From a virus (lineage: Duplodnaviria > Caudoviricetes): a stretch of 64,000 nucleotides of DNA. The notes beneath the pieces are model-generated. The model worked only from the letters and a program-made list of their open reading frames with translations, had not been told where the DNA came from and did not search any database. The stretch lies in IMG/VR virus record IMGVR_UViG_3300002092_001784, positions 192,001 to 256,000 of that record; one strand, given 5' to 3'. Both the position numbers and the translations under genes were made by a program. Shown here piece after piece: positions 11,601 to 20,142 of the stretch; the stretch's first letter is position 1; each line of letters starts with the position of its first letter.

Positions 11601-13624
11601 AATTCACATTTGAGGACAGGACTTGTGCAATATCGTTGGATACTAATTCAAGTATAATTATTCCTTGGAAGCAAGTACCATCCACATCGGCGTACCCAGA
11701 ATGTATTGAAATAAGAATAAAACCAAGCATTGTACAAAATTGCACTTTAATTAATGTAAATCAATTTACACTTCAATTAATTCAAATAGTTGGAAATCTT
11801 TCAAAATTAAGATTGATATTCGATTCTATGATAATCGATAGCGATTCATTTAATTTATCTACTGCGGATTATTCACAAATAGTAATAAATAGACATCAAG
11901 ATGTTGGATTAAATTCTTTCTATGAAGTTATATTCCAAACAACAGATGGTACTAAAATTATAAATCCAATTACAGTGACACATGAACATTTGACATCTGT
12001 GTGGGAAGGTAGTGGGGTTGTGACTATTGGTGGTGATAATTATGTTGGGGTTATTGATGAATTTAGACTATGGAAAGTACCATTACAAACTTCTAAATTA
12101 GATAATCATACATTATTTCCGGATGCTATTAATGGAAATTCATATACATCATCTACTTCTGATTTACTATTTAGATTGGATTTTGAATATCCAAAAAACA
12201 GAATAATAGACCCATATATTAAAAATGTGGCTATTAACACAGAATATGGTGCAACTTATGCTACGGCAAGCAATTTTTGGTCTGCTCCAGCATATCCATA
12301 TCAATATATTCCTTATGAAAGGGTTGTAACTGCAAATGTACCATCCGTTGGATTTGGATATGCAAATAAAATACGATTTGAAACTCAAGAATTGATTGGT
12401 GATCTTTCATATAAAGTAAGGGCTACTAAAAAATCTTACGATAGGGGCCCGATAGATTCATCTCGATTAGGATTTTTCCTATCCCCAACAAAGGAGTTAA
12501 ATTTGGATATACTGAAAGCATTTGGTGAGTTTAATATAGATGATTATATTGGAGACCCATCGGATGAATATACTGATAAATATGCACAGTTAGATGAGTT
12601 AAGACATTACTACTTTGAAAGACTGGACAGAAATATTAATGAATACATTCAGTTGGTTAGGAATATTGATAAATCATTATATGATGTTCTTGAAGATTTA
12701 TCACCGGCAAGAGCTAAAATATCCAAAGGATTACTAATTGAACCGCATTACTTAGAAAGAAATAAAACCAAATGGAAAAAAGTAGAATCGGACAAAGGTG
12801 ATTATACCGGTACAGTAGATGCGGCAGAACATACTGATATTGCTTCAACTTATAATACTGAAGATGCATTATTAGATGCAAGTGAAGTAGCAACATTTGA
12901 TTTTCAAATGGATAACTATGATGGTATTATCACTTCAAATGATGTAATTCAGTTGGATGGTGACCAATCTGCACATGATGCCAATTTACAATATTTTGCT
13001 ACTGATTTTATGGAAGTTACCGTTCCTACCTACGATAGTTCGATAACAGTCCCATCTGGCGCATCATTAGTTGGTGAATTTGGATCATTGCCACTCACTG
13101 CAGTTGGTATGGAGCCGGACTCTCTTGCTAATGCCGGATATGGTTTATACGCAAACAATGGAGTTGGGAAGGTGACAACGATTGATAGTGCCGGAAATAA
13201 AATTTGGAGTAGACAAAACATATATTTGGTAACAGAACAATACCAAATAAATGTACCAACTCAAGTTTCTGGCAGTCCGGTGTTAGGTGCATTGCCGGGT
13301 GAGCAAGTAGTATATGCGGACAGACCTGTTACTAAAACAAAACATAAAGTGGTTACTTTACCTTGGGATATTAGTAACAGTATAACTTTAGGAAACGGTA
13401 TAGTAGATGTACAAACTCTAAATGGTTACTTCCCTACACATCACAAATATACTAATAATTTATCGGAAGGATTGAAACGTTCATTGTATAAAGGTTCAGT
13501 TCAATCAGCAACTACAACTCCTGATGGATTGCCTGCGGTTGAAATCTTTACAACTAATCCTAATATATTGAAGGTAGCTAATACAGGTAGAAGTTCGGGC
13601 GAACCAATTCTCGTAGTTTCATAA
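8660..13624 (+). CDS. Large baseplate wedge protein (gp7 / P2 gpI-like) with a LamG/ConA-like segment
   Basis: NLPYLLKHKGTARALKAAMACYG resembles the gpI/gp7 core; GVIDEFRLWKVPL resembles a LamG C-terminal motif; Ser/Thr-rich N-terminus. Confidence 0.55.
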   Translation: MSLQNTNNIIQVPLGVDGLPFGGIVTNSSSISPIPIVSKDPTYYGTINADTPHTITISSNVAGASIILNGENTFKTTNASMTWALSDILNSTITNTIELQKTGFVCTERFVISVVQNPNYNWVTPITQYTEDGVLLKTAIADSVKTGVKVLPQKMYTNVPPHIIDVAYYKNGVLTPFTGTIENGVNSSTSIEFSLDAFTAVIAPVDQTVISTPTPSTNVVSPVVTPVLTQHSLAFNVTSSNLTTSSVNIIKHDVTTNADSSLAITSGSSVYYSTFADTYTIVSSDTTLHRISSITIQSTIYPQKTITALLGESLTTTITADSDYVVSIVSEEIPTQTVSTAKTSIILTNQNVDRKYNINSNTDIPIAFVKPYNVHKVRVNVNDKQYEFKDLGDDDVCGISIPKEAYNTVGDHKTHITPVDDDDNDCEVTEIVHTVVEDYYVGIPDIFNIVYPSIIQGQDYVGTDVNFDLQWDSANTDYIRLYSGTNFIQLPAIATQVLNVKQLLGMANAVFSENDTQISFQLKLIPYNDSGVDDAVGKEEVITIKFIKGRDTIPRPVAITRIAEAFQLQFDTIDVDDEGSKYLTHLLHLGDGNNKIITTWTGSNDSVILKLYEPLPTSVDVNQLVWVSKIQSNTTIESVTLIGATASYCEPLRGPNFTVEPDNSIGFKVFDDLIASGSATSTDLLNKYSEKVGIDTKRFNIQFVSGSQYVFENFVNFSSAEERVNNFYYKLQLIENYQKQYNSSTGSSSAISGINAQSAYDSLNGVMQGFDAFEDFLYTDTTSDLSYPKVDGNPIPSTTDDALNWLDNITATASYFDKYNPNYLANNYPQYVKENVDHADFVVFNDMIGQHFDIIWMYINAMNKNKQVEAIQSKGGIINDMVFYMLESMGWGAKMAYDSEYLWEHAFGLYRDGTQKYVSPLVQANEQVWRRILYNLPYLLKHKGTARALKAAMACYGVPQSLLTIMEFGGPQNPTGDAVTQFTFEDRTCAISLDTNSSIIIPWKQVPSTSAYPECIEIRIKPSIVQNCTLINVNQFTLQLIQIVGNLSKLRLIFDSMIIDSDSFNLSTADYSQIVINRHQDVGLNSFYEVIFQTTDGTKIINPITVTHEHLTSVWEGSGVVTIGGDNYVGVIDEFRLWKVPLQTSKLDNHTLFPDAINGNSYTSSTSDLLFRLDFEYPKNRIIDPYIKNVAINTEYGATYATASNFWSAPAYPYQYIPYERVVTANVPSVGFGYANKIRFETQELIGDLSYKVRATKKSYDRGPIDSSRLGFFLSPTKELNLDILKAFGEFNIDDYIGDPSDEYTDKYAQLDELRHYYFERLDRNINEYIQLVRNIDKSLYDVLEDLSPARAKISKGLLIEPHYLERNKTKWKKVESDKGDYTGTVDAAEHTDIASTYNTEDALLDASEVATFDFQMDNYDGIITSNDVIQLDGDQSAHDANLQYFATDFMEVTVPTYDSSITVPSGASLVGEFGSLPLTAVGMEPDSLANAGYGLYANNGVGKVTTIDSAGNKIWSRQNIYLVTEQYQINVPTQVSGSPVLGALPGEQVVYADRPVTKTKHKVVTLPWDISNSITLGNGIVDVQTLNGYFPTHHKYTNNLSEGLKRSLYKGSVQSATTTPDGLPAVEIFTTNPNILKVANTGRSSGEPILVVS

Positions 13625-13664
13625 ACCTAAATTGATTGTTTATTAACGAAAATTAAAGTTTAAT

Positions 13665-13673
13665 ATATTTATA
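13665..13673 (+). promoter_or_regulatory. Putative late promoter of GIY-YIG endonuclease
   Basis: ATATTTATA-TGT-ATG. Confidence 0.6.
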
Positions 13674-13676
13674 TGT

Positions 13677-14390
13677 ATGAAATATATTTTTACATATAAG
13701 ACTATTAACTTGGTAAATAATAAAGTTTATATAGGGGTTCATTCAACTACAAATTTGAATGATGGATATTTAGGGAGTGGATATAAATTACAAGATGCTA
13801 TAAAAAAATATGGTAAACAATATTTTGAAATGAATCCTATACAATTTTTTAATTCAATTGAAGAAGCTTACCAACACGAAGCTGAATTGGTTAATGAAAA
13901 CTGGGTGCAATCAAACGGTAATTACAATACTGCTTTGGGTGGATTTGGCGGATTTTATCATATAGATACGAAAGGTGAAAATAATCCAAATTATGGAAAA
14001 CGATGGAATGATGAATGGAAAACAGCACAAAGAGAACGAATGAGAGAATACTACAAAAACAACCCTGCTCCAAGAAAAGGAGCAACCCATTCGGATGAAT
14101 CCAAAGAAAAAATGAGTAAATCAAAAACAGAATTTTATAAAGAGCACCCAAGTCCAATGAAAGGTACGATTATGTCAGTTGAAACAAAAAGAAAAATAAG
14201 TCAATCAAGAAAAGGATGTGGTGTTAAACCAGTCATACAATATACTAAAGAAAATGAATTTATAAAAAGATGGGATAGTATTATCAGTGCTGCAACTTTT
14301 CTAAAAATACATTCGGCATCAATTAGTATATGTGTAAACGGAAAGAGTAAAACATCTGGCGGGTATATTTGGAAATATGCTGACAGTTAA
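13677..14390 (+). mobile_element. Free-standing GIY-YIG homing endonuclease with NUMOD3/NUMOD1-type DNA-binding repeats
   Basis: YIFTYKTIN...VYIGVH...YLGSG; KGATHSDESKEKMS repeats; C-terminal KPVIQY...SAA...GGYIWKY. Confidence 0.85.
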
Positions 14391-14462
14391 CTATTAAAAT
14401 TCAAAAATAAAAATTGGTTATATTTATTAATAACAAACAAATAATTAAATACAATACACAAA

Positions 14463-15086
14463 ATGGCATATTTGGACAATACAGAGATTACAGTAGACGC
14501 CATCCTTACAAAAAAGGGTAGACAGAAATTAGCATCAGGCCAATCTCTCAATATAACAAAATTTGCGTTATCGGATGATGAAATTGATTACACATTGTAT
14601 GAACCAGCACACCCAAAAGGTTCTGCTTATTATGATGCAGCAATTAGAGCAATTCCAATTACAGAAGCAAGTCCTGATGAAACTCAAGTATTGAGATATA
14701 AATTAGTAACACTTCCAAAGGGAACTACACAAATTCCTGTCGTATCATTGGGTATTGCTTCAATCGGAGCATATCAAAGTGATGGTGGAGTTGCTTTATC
14801 ACCAACTACTTCTCCTGCTGGAAACCAAAATGCGGGATATACTACGGTTTTGGCAGATCAACGTGCTGGGACATTAACTGTAACACAGGGTGCAAATGCA
14901 GTTGGTAGTGTTCCTGTTTTCTTAGGAGAATCAATAACCACAACCGCACAAGTTGTTAGTGGATTACAATTCAGATTTACACCAAATCCGAACTTAACAA
15001 CAAGCATAACCACAACTATTACTGTTTATGGAAATGAAACCGGTGGTTCTCAAACTATACCTGTAATTATAACTTATAAAGCATAA
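14463..15086 (+). CDS. Tail/baseplate structural protein
   Basis: AILTKKGRQKLA...ITKFALSDDEIDY resembles the first half of the P2 gpH-type fibre-attachment domain. Confidence 0.55.
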   Translation: MAYLDNTEITVDAILTKKGRQKLASGQSLNITKFALSDDEIDYTLYEPAHPKGSAYYDAAIRAIPITEASPDETQVLRYKLVTLPKGTTQIPVVSLGIASIGAYQSDGGVALSPTTSPAGNQNAGYTTVLADQRAGTLTVTQGANAVGSVPVFLGESITTTAQVVSGLQFRFTPNPNLTTSITTTITVYGNETGGSQTIPVIITYKA

Positions 15087-15092
15087 TAATAT

Positions 15093-16301
15093 ATGGCACT
15101 CATAACAGACCCATCAATAACATCACAAATATCAGCAGCAGCTAATTCTGGGGTAATTGATACCGCTCAAGTAATAGCAATTCTAAATTCTGTTCTACCT
15201 GCGGGTCAGCAGATTTCTACGGCAACCGCTGGTACTACAACGGGAATATATAAACAGTTTGGGGATTTTGATATGGTTAATGCCAAAGTTGAGGTTGTAA
15301 CAACTGGACTTTGGACAAACGGATCGGGATCATTAACTACATTCTTTACATCTTCCGCACAAACTGCATCAGTTAGTGGGCAGTATTATACAAATGTATA
15401 TAATGCAAACCCAACAACCGATACAACTGCCGAAGTTCAATATGCAGTTGCATATGGACATGCATACGGAAGTGGTTCAGTATCTTTACAAGTTAGTGAT
15501 AACGCATTGTTAGCAACAAAAAGTACATACGCACAGTATAGATCAATGTTGTTACAACCAAATGATAACCTTTTCTCTTTTCAAAACGCATCAAATACTA
15601 CAACTGATTCAAATGATATTTATGTAATTAACATTGCACGTTCAAGATACAAAGAATCAATGGATGCTGGTAACTGGGAATTATTATTGAGTGGTTCTAA
15701 TGGTGTATTCCATTTCATTGATGATAGTGGTAAGAAATTTAGTGATACTGCTGGAAACCCCGGTAATGTGTTCAATGTAGTTAGTGGAGGGCTTAACTTA
15801 GGAACTCAATTAGATGCTACTATAAAAACAGCAACAGCAACAAACGGATTGGGATATGGATTATTCTATCCTGATAGAGGAATAATTGTACTAAATCCTG
15901 CAGCAATAGGTAATACCGTTGGTAAAGTATTTATTGGTAATTCACTTGTGGAATTGAGTGGTAGTTTAAGTACTGCGGCAGAACAATACAATCATATGAG
16001 ATTGCACGCAGCAATTAGTGGAGCTGGTGATTTTGAGGCAAGAAGTACTGAAAATGTATCTACTCAACATTTCTTTGTAAGAGCAACTAATAGAGAATTT
16101 AATTACTCAAACAATCCTACTTATGTGGATGGTAATGGTAATTTTATTGAACCATCATTCCAAACAGACCCTAAAACATATATTACAACTGTTGGATTAC
16201 TGAATGATTCAAATGAATTAATTGCGGTAGCAAAGACATCGCAACCAATTCCTAAATCATTTGATACAGAAACACTTATCAGGGTCAAATTATCGTTTTG
16301 A
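15093..16301 (+). CDS. Tail/baseplate structural protein
   Basis: C-terminal YITTVGLLNDSNELIAVAKTSQPIPK resembles the second half of the gpH-type attachment domain; paralogous to 17275-18222. Confidence 0.55.
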   Translation: MALITDPSITSQISAAANSGVIDTAQVIAILNSVLPAGQQISTATAGTTTGIYKQFGDFDMVNAKVEVVTTGLWTNGSGSLTTFFTSSAQTASVSGQYYTNVYNANPTTDTTAEVQYAVAYGHAYGSGSVSLQVSDNALLATKSTYAQYRSMLLQPNDNLFSFQNASNTTTDSNDIYVINIARSRYKESMDAGNWELLLSGSNGVFHFIDDSGKKFSDTAGNPGNVFNVVSGGLNLGTQLDATIKTATATNGLGYGLFYPDRGIIVLNPAAIGNTVGKVFIGNSLVELSGSLSTAAEQYNHMRLHAAISGAGDFEARSTENVSTQHFFVRATNREFNYSNNPTYVDGNGNFIEPSFQTDPKTYITTVGLLNDSNELIAVAKTSQPIPKSFDTETLIRVKLSF

Positions 16302-16342
16302 TGTAAATACTCTAATTAAAGTTAAAGTTAGATATGTTTTTG

Positions 16343-16376
16343 AAAGTTCCGTATATTTATATGTATACGGAACTTT
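16343..16376 (+). promoter_or_regulatory. 13-bp inverted repeat enclosing the late-promoter motif (terminator or translational-control hairpin)
   Basis: AAAGTTCCGTATA-tttatatg-TATACGGAACTTT, followed by TTTA, 6 nt before ATG 16383. Confidence 0.65.
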
Positions 16377-16382
16377 TTTATT

Positions 16383-17246
16383 ATGGAAAAAATTAAATGC
16401 CAATTGTGCCAAAACGAATTTAATCCCAAACAAATGGGTATGCATGTTACTCGTACTCATAAAATCACATACGATGAATATGCTACTATGTATTGGGAAA
16501 CTTTACCAAATTATTCACCATGCAAAGTGTGTGGAACTATTTGTACAGGAACCTATTGTTCAATGGACTGCCAAAAAACCGGAGTGAGTTCTAAACTAAA
16601 AGGTATAAAACAACCACCAAGAACGAAAGAACATTGTGAAAAAATAAGTAAGGCGGCAAAGGAACGGCTTAAAGATAAAACTAAACATCCTTGGTTGGGT
16701 AGAAACCATTCCGATGAAACAATTAAAAAAATATCCAAATCGTGTAAAGAAAAATATAAAGATGCAACTCATCAACCAAGATTAGGAAAACGGTTTACCG
16801 ATGAATCCAAACAAAAGATAAGCAAATCTCAATCCAAATTTTACGAAACACACGATTCTCCATTCAAGGGTAAAACACATACCCCGGAATCTATTCGTAA
16901 AATATTTGAAAATAAGCCAATGAACAAATTGGAAAAGCGGGTAGCCGATTGGTTCGATGCACGTGGCATTGGATACACATTTCAGTTTTTTATAAATTCT
17001 GATGGTATTTGTAAATCATATGATTTCAAATTAAAAGGTTCTAAAACTATTGTCGAAATTAACGGAGATTATTGGCACGGTGGTTCTGGTATTGAGAAGC
17101 ATGTGTTTAATGTAGATGTTAATATTGAAAATGATAAATTGAAAAAGAAAATGGCAGAAGATTTGGGCTATCACGTTATTACGATTTGGGAACACGATAT
17201 AAAGAATGATATAACAATATTAGAAAGTACATTAAATTTAACTTAA
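16383..17246 (+). mobile_element. Putative homing endonuclease: Zn-finger, NUMOD3 repeats and Vsr/DUF559-like nuclease domain
   Basis: CQLC...HVTRTH; GRNHSDETIKKIS, GKTHTPES repeats; YDFKL...VEINGDYWHG...GYHVITIWEHDI. Confidence 0.75.
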
Positions 17247-17274
17247 ACCGATATTTATACATAAACAGTAATGT

Positions 17275-18222
17275 ATGCTTAAAGAAATTTCAAAATCAGA
17301 TATCAATGTTCGTTCATTTCAAGTTTATAAAGAATGGACTGTGGATCAAAATGATATATTGCCAGTATTTGGTAAGCATATAACTTCTTCTTTATTTGAT
17401 CCGGAAACGGACGAGAAGAGTTGCGGTGTTTACAAGCGGTTGGTATACCAATCAGTAAAAACTCAATTTTATCACAATCCAGCAACGGCATCTGTATTAT
17501 TTGAACAGGGATTAAGAAAATCATACGCATCAACGGATGAACGTGTTATTGGGGATGATATTGCTGTTATTGCAATACCGCAAGTTCAGTATGGAGAGAG
17601 TATAAAGATAGGTTCGGTTTCCCTAACAGATGGTTCTAAAACTTATATTGATGATAGTAACTCGAATTTGGTATATAATAATACAATATATGGAAACGTT
17701 TTTTATGATAAAGGAATAATTGTATTGACTAATGAAATTGTAAGTGGTTCTACTTTATCTGATTATTCATTAACGTATCGTTCTACAAAAACTATACATG
17801 AGAATGAAGTATTCATTGAAGTTCTACCTAATGAATTTAATGTATCAACAAATCCATCCGCATATTATGAAGATGGGCAGAGCAGTTATCAAATGATAGT
17901 TAATAATTCAAACTATAAACCATATAGAGACCGAGAATTTAAGGGTACATATCTTAAAACATTTTACACATCGGGCATACGACATATCCGAAATACACAG
18001 TATCCGTACACATCTTCGTTAGACCCTACTAAATTTGGAAGTTTTGATGATTATGAACTAAGTGGTTCTGCTGATATGACGGGTTCATATCTTGCACCAT
18101 TTATAACAACGATTGGGTTGTATGATAACGAATTGAATTTAGTAGCAGTTGCTAAATTACCTCAACCTATTAAATCACTTCCTGATTATCCGGTTAACTT
18201 TATAATACGATTTGATAATTAA
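17275..18222 (+). CDS. Tail/baseplate structural protein, paralogue of 15093-16301
   Basis: GNVFYDKGIIVL vs GLFYPDRGIIVL; EFNVSTNPS vs EFNYSNNPT; FITTIGLYDNELNLVAVAKLPQPIK vs YITTVGLLNDSNELIAVAKTSQPIPK. Confidence 0.6.
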   Translation: MLKEISKSDINVRSFQVYKEWTVDQNDILPVFGKHITSSLFDPETDEKSCGVYKRLVYQSVKTQFYHNPATASVLFEQGLRKSYASTDERVIGDDIAVIAIPQVQYGESIKIGSVSLTDGSKTYIDDSNSNLVYNNTIYGNVFYDKGIIVLTNEIVSGSTLSDYSLTYRSTKTIHENEVFIEVLPNEFNVSTNPSAYYEDGQSSYQMIVNNSNYKPYRDREFKGTYLKTFYTSGIRHIRNTQYPYTSSLDPTKFGSFDDYELSGSADMTGSYLAPFITTIGLYDNELNLVAVAKLPQPIKSLPDYPVNFIIRFDN

Positions 18223-18266
18223 AATAAAAAATAGTTATATTTATAATAAACTAAAACTTAATAACT

Positions 18267-18476
18267 ATGTCAAAGATACTTGATTTATACGGTAAGGGAA
18301 CTATAACAGGAGCTCCTAATTTAACTGGATTAGATAAGACACCAATAGATACTAAAGAGTTAACACCTGCTGCAATTGATAAAGCAAACTTAGGAGTATT
18401 GGGAAGTGGCAATCCATCTGGCTATGGTGGATATGATAATGCAAAAACTTACGAATCACTGATTGGGGCAAAATAA
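18267..18476 (+). CDS. Small hypothetical protein
   Basis: 69-aa ORF preceded by the ATATTTATA motif at 18237. Confidence 0.6.
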   Translation: MSKILDLYGKGTITGAPNLTGLDKTPIDTKELTPAAIDKANLGVLGSGNPSGYGGYDNAKTYESLIGAK

Positions 18477-18479
18477 ATA

Positions 18480-18938
18480 ATGAGTTGGATTTTTATGGAT
18501 AAATTGGTTACAGAGGATAGCACCCCAGCGGGTGCTATTGGTTTTGTCTATAAGATTGTCCATATACCAACCGGAAAGTTTTACATAGGTAAGAAGAATT
18601 TAGTATCTACCCGAAGATTAAAAATTGGAAAACGTGAATTACAATCCATAAAAGAATCAAGAAAGGCAGATGGTATACTTGGTAGATTACCATCCAAAAA
18701 AACAGTAAAAACAGATAGTGATTGGGAAACTTATTATTCATCAAATGAGGAATTAATTCAGATGGTGAAAGATGGTAAGGCAGATGAATTACGCAGAGAA
18801 ATTATTCAATTTTGTTTTTCTAAAAAAGCATTATCCTATTACGAATTATATTGGCAATTCAAATACGATGTTCTTATCGTTGATGATTGCTATAACAATA
18901 ACATCGGTGGAACTTACTACCGAAAAGATTTAATTTAA
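18480..18938 (+). CDS. GIY-YIG family nuclease (T4 EndoII/Seg-like short form)
   Basis: GFVYKI...GKFYIGKK...SDWETYYSSN...YYELYWQF; lacks NUMOD repeats. Confidence 0.7.
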   Translation: MSWIFMDKLVTEDSTPAGAIGFVYKIVHIPTGKFYIGKKNLVSTRRLKIGKRELQSIKESRKADGILGRLPSKKTVKTDSDWETYYSSNEELIQMVKDGKADELRREIIQFCFSKKALSYYELYWQFKYDVLIVDDCYNNNIGGTYYRKDLI

Positions 18939-18953
18939 TTAATAACAAAAGTT

Positions 18954-19154
18954 ATGACAATTCCAGAAATAGCAAGAAAGTACAAAATTTCAGAAGCATT
19001 CCTAAATTCTAAGGATGATGGGTTAATGATTGCCGCAGAATCATTAATGGAAGTAAAAGAACAGGTATTGGGCGGAGCACCGCCTGATGTATTGGCTGCT
19101 AATTTACAAAAACTTATAGACTTTCTAGCCGATTGTAAAAATTCTAATCATTAA
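18954..19154 (+). CDS. Small hypothetical protein
   Basis: 66-aa helical ORF filling the gap before the primase promoter. Confidence 0.55.
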   Translation: MTIPEIARKYKISEAFLNSKDDGLMIAAESLMEVKEQVLGGAPPDVLAANLQKLIDFLADCKNSNH

Positions 19155-19186
19155 TTAGGATAATTCATTTATTTTTTGTATATTTG
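19155..19186 (+). promoter_or_regulatory. Bacteroidota-type sigma70 promoter upstream of primase
   Basis: TTAG(19155) - 20 nt - TATATTTG(19179-19186), matching the TAnnTTTG -7 box. Confidence 0.65.
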
Positions 19187-19206
19187 TGTAGTTCAAAATT
19201 GAAACT

Positions 19207-20139
19207 ATGCTTTCTGGAAAAAATAAACTTGTTGTAATATCAATATTAGATAGTGTATTAGGTGTTGGTTCATCATTAAAACATAATGAACAGGTACACT
19301 TATGTCCATTCTGCCATCACCATAAACCAAAACTACAAGTAAACTTAGATACTCAAAAATGGCATTGCTGGGTTTGTAATGCTAAAGGTAAGAGAATCAA
19401 ATCGTTACTTAACAGACTGAATACCGATGTAAGGGATATACAGAGGATTGTAGGGATTTATGGTGATGAAGATACCAATGTATCCACTGAAGAAATTGAA
19501 GTCAAATTATACCTTCCTAAAGAGTTTAAGCAGTTATACTTCAAACCAAAATCAATAAATCCTACATACAATCAAGCCATATTTTATTTGAAAGGTAGAG
19601 GTATCACTATGTCCGACATCGTTAAATATAATATCGGATATTGTGAAACTGGAATATACGGCGGTAGGATTATCATACCTTCTTATGATGAAAACGGTGA
19701 ACTTAATTATTTTATAGCTCGTTCATTTTATGAAGGTGAAGCACCTTATAAAAATCCGCCTGTTAGTAGAAATGTAATTGTGTTTGAAAATCAAATAAAT
19801 TGGAATGAACCTATTACATTGGTTGAGGGCGCCTATGATGCGTTTTCTGTAAAACGAAATGTGATACCTTTGCTTGGTAAATTCCTATTAAGTAAATTGA
19901 AAGATAAAATTATTGAAAAGGGAGTTAAGGATATTACAATTCTTATGGATGCTGACGCTGTTAAACAAAGTACAACACATACAGATTATTTTATTAAAAA
20001 CGATATACGAATACGAAATATTATTCCGGAAGGTGATGATGCAGGAAAGATGGGATTTACGAAAGTGAATGAACTAATTAAGAACGCAAAAGAAACCCGA
20101 TGGGATGATAATATTTTGGCTAAACTAAACACGATATAA
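19207..20139 (+). CDS. DNA primase (zinc-binding domain plus TOPRIM)
   Basis: CPFCHHHKPKL...WHCWVC zinc finger; GRIIIP; LVEGAYDA and MDADA TOPRIM motifs. Confidence 0.88.
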   Translation: MLSGKNKLVVISILDSVLGVGSSLKHNEQVHLCPFCHHHKPKLQVNLDTQKWHCWVCNAKGKRIKSLLNRLNTDVRDIQRIVGIYGDEDTNVSTEEIEVKLYLPKEFKQLYFKPKSINPTYNQAIFYLKGRGITMSDIVKYNIGYCETGIYGGRIIIPSYDENGELNYFIARSFYEGEAPYKNPPVSRNVIVFENQINWNEPITLVEGAYDAFSVKRNVIPLLGKFLLSKLKDKIIEKGVKDITILMDADAVKQSTTHTDYFIKNDIRIRNIIPEGDDAGKMGFTKVNELIKNAKETRWDDNILAKLNTI

Positions 20140-20142
20140 TTG

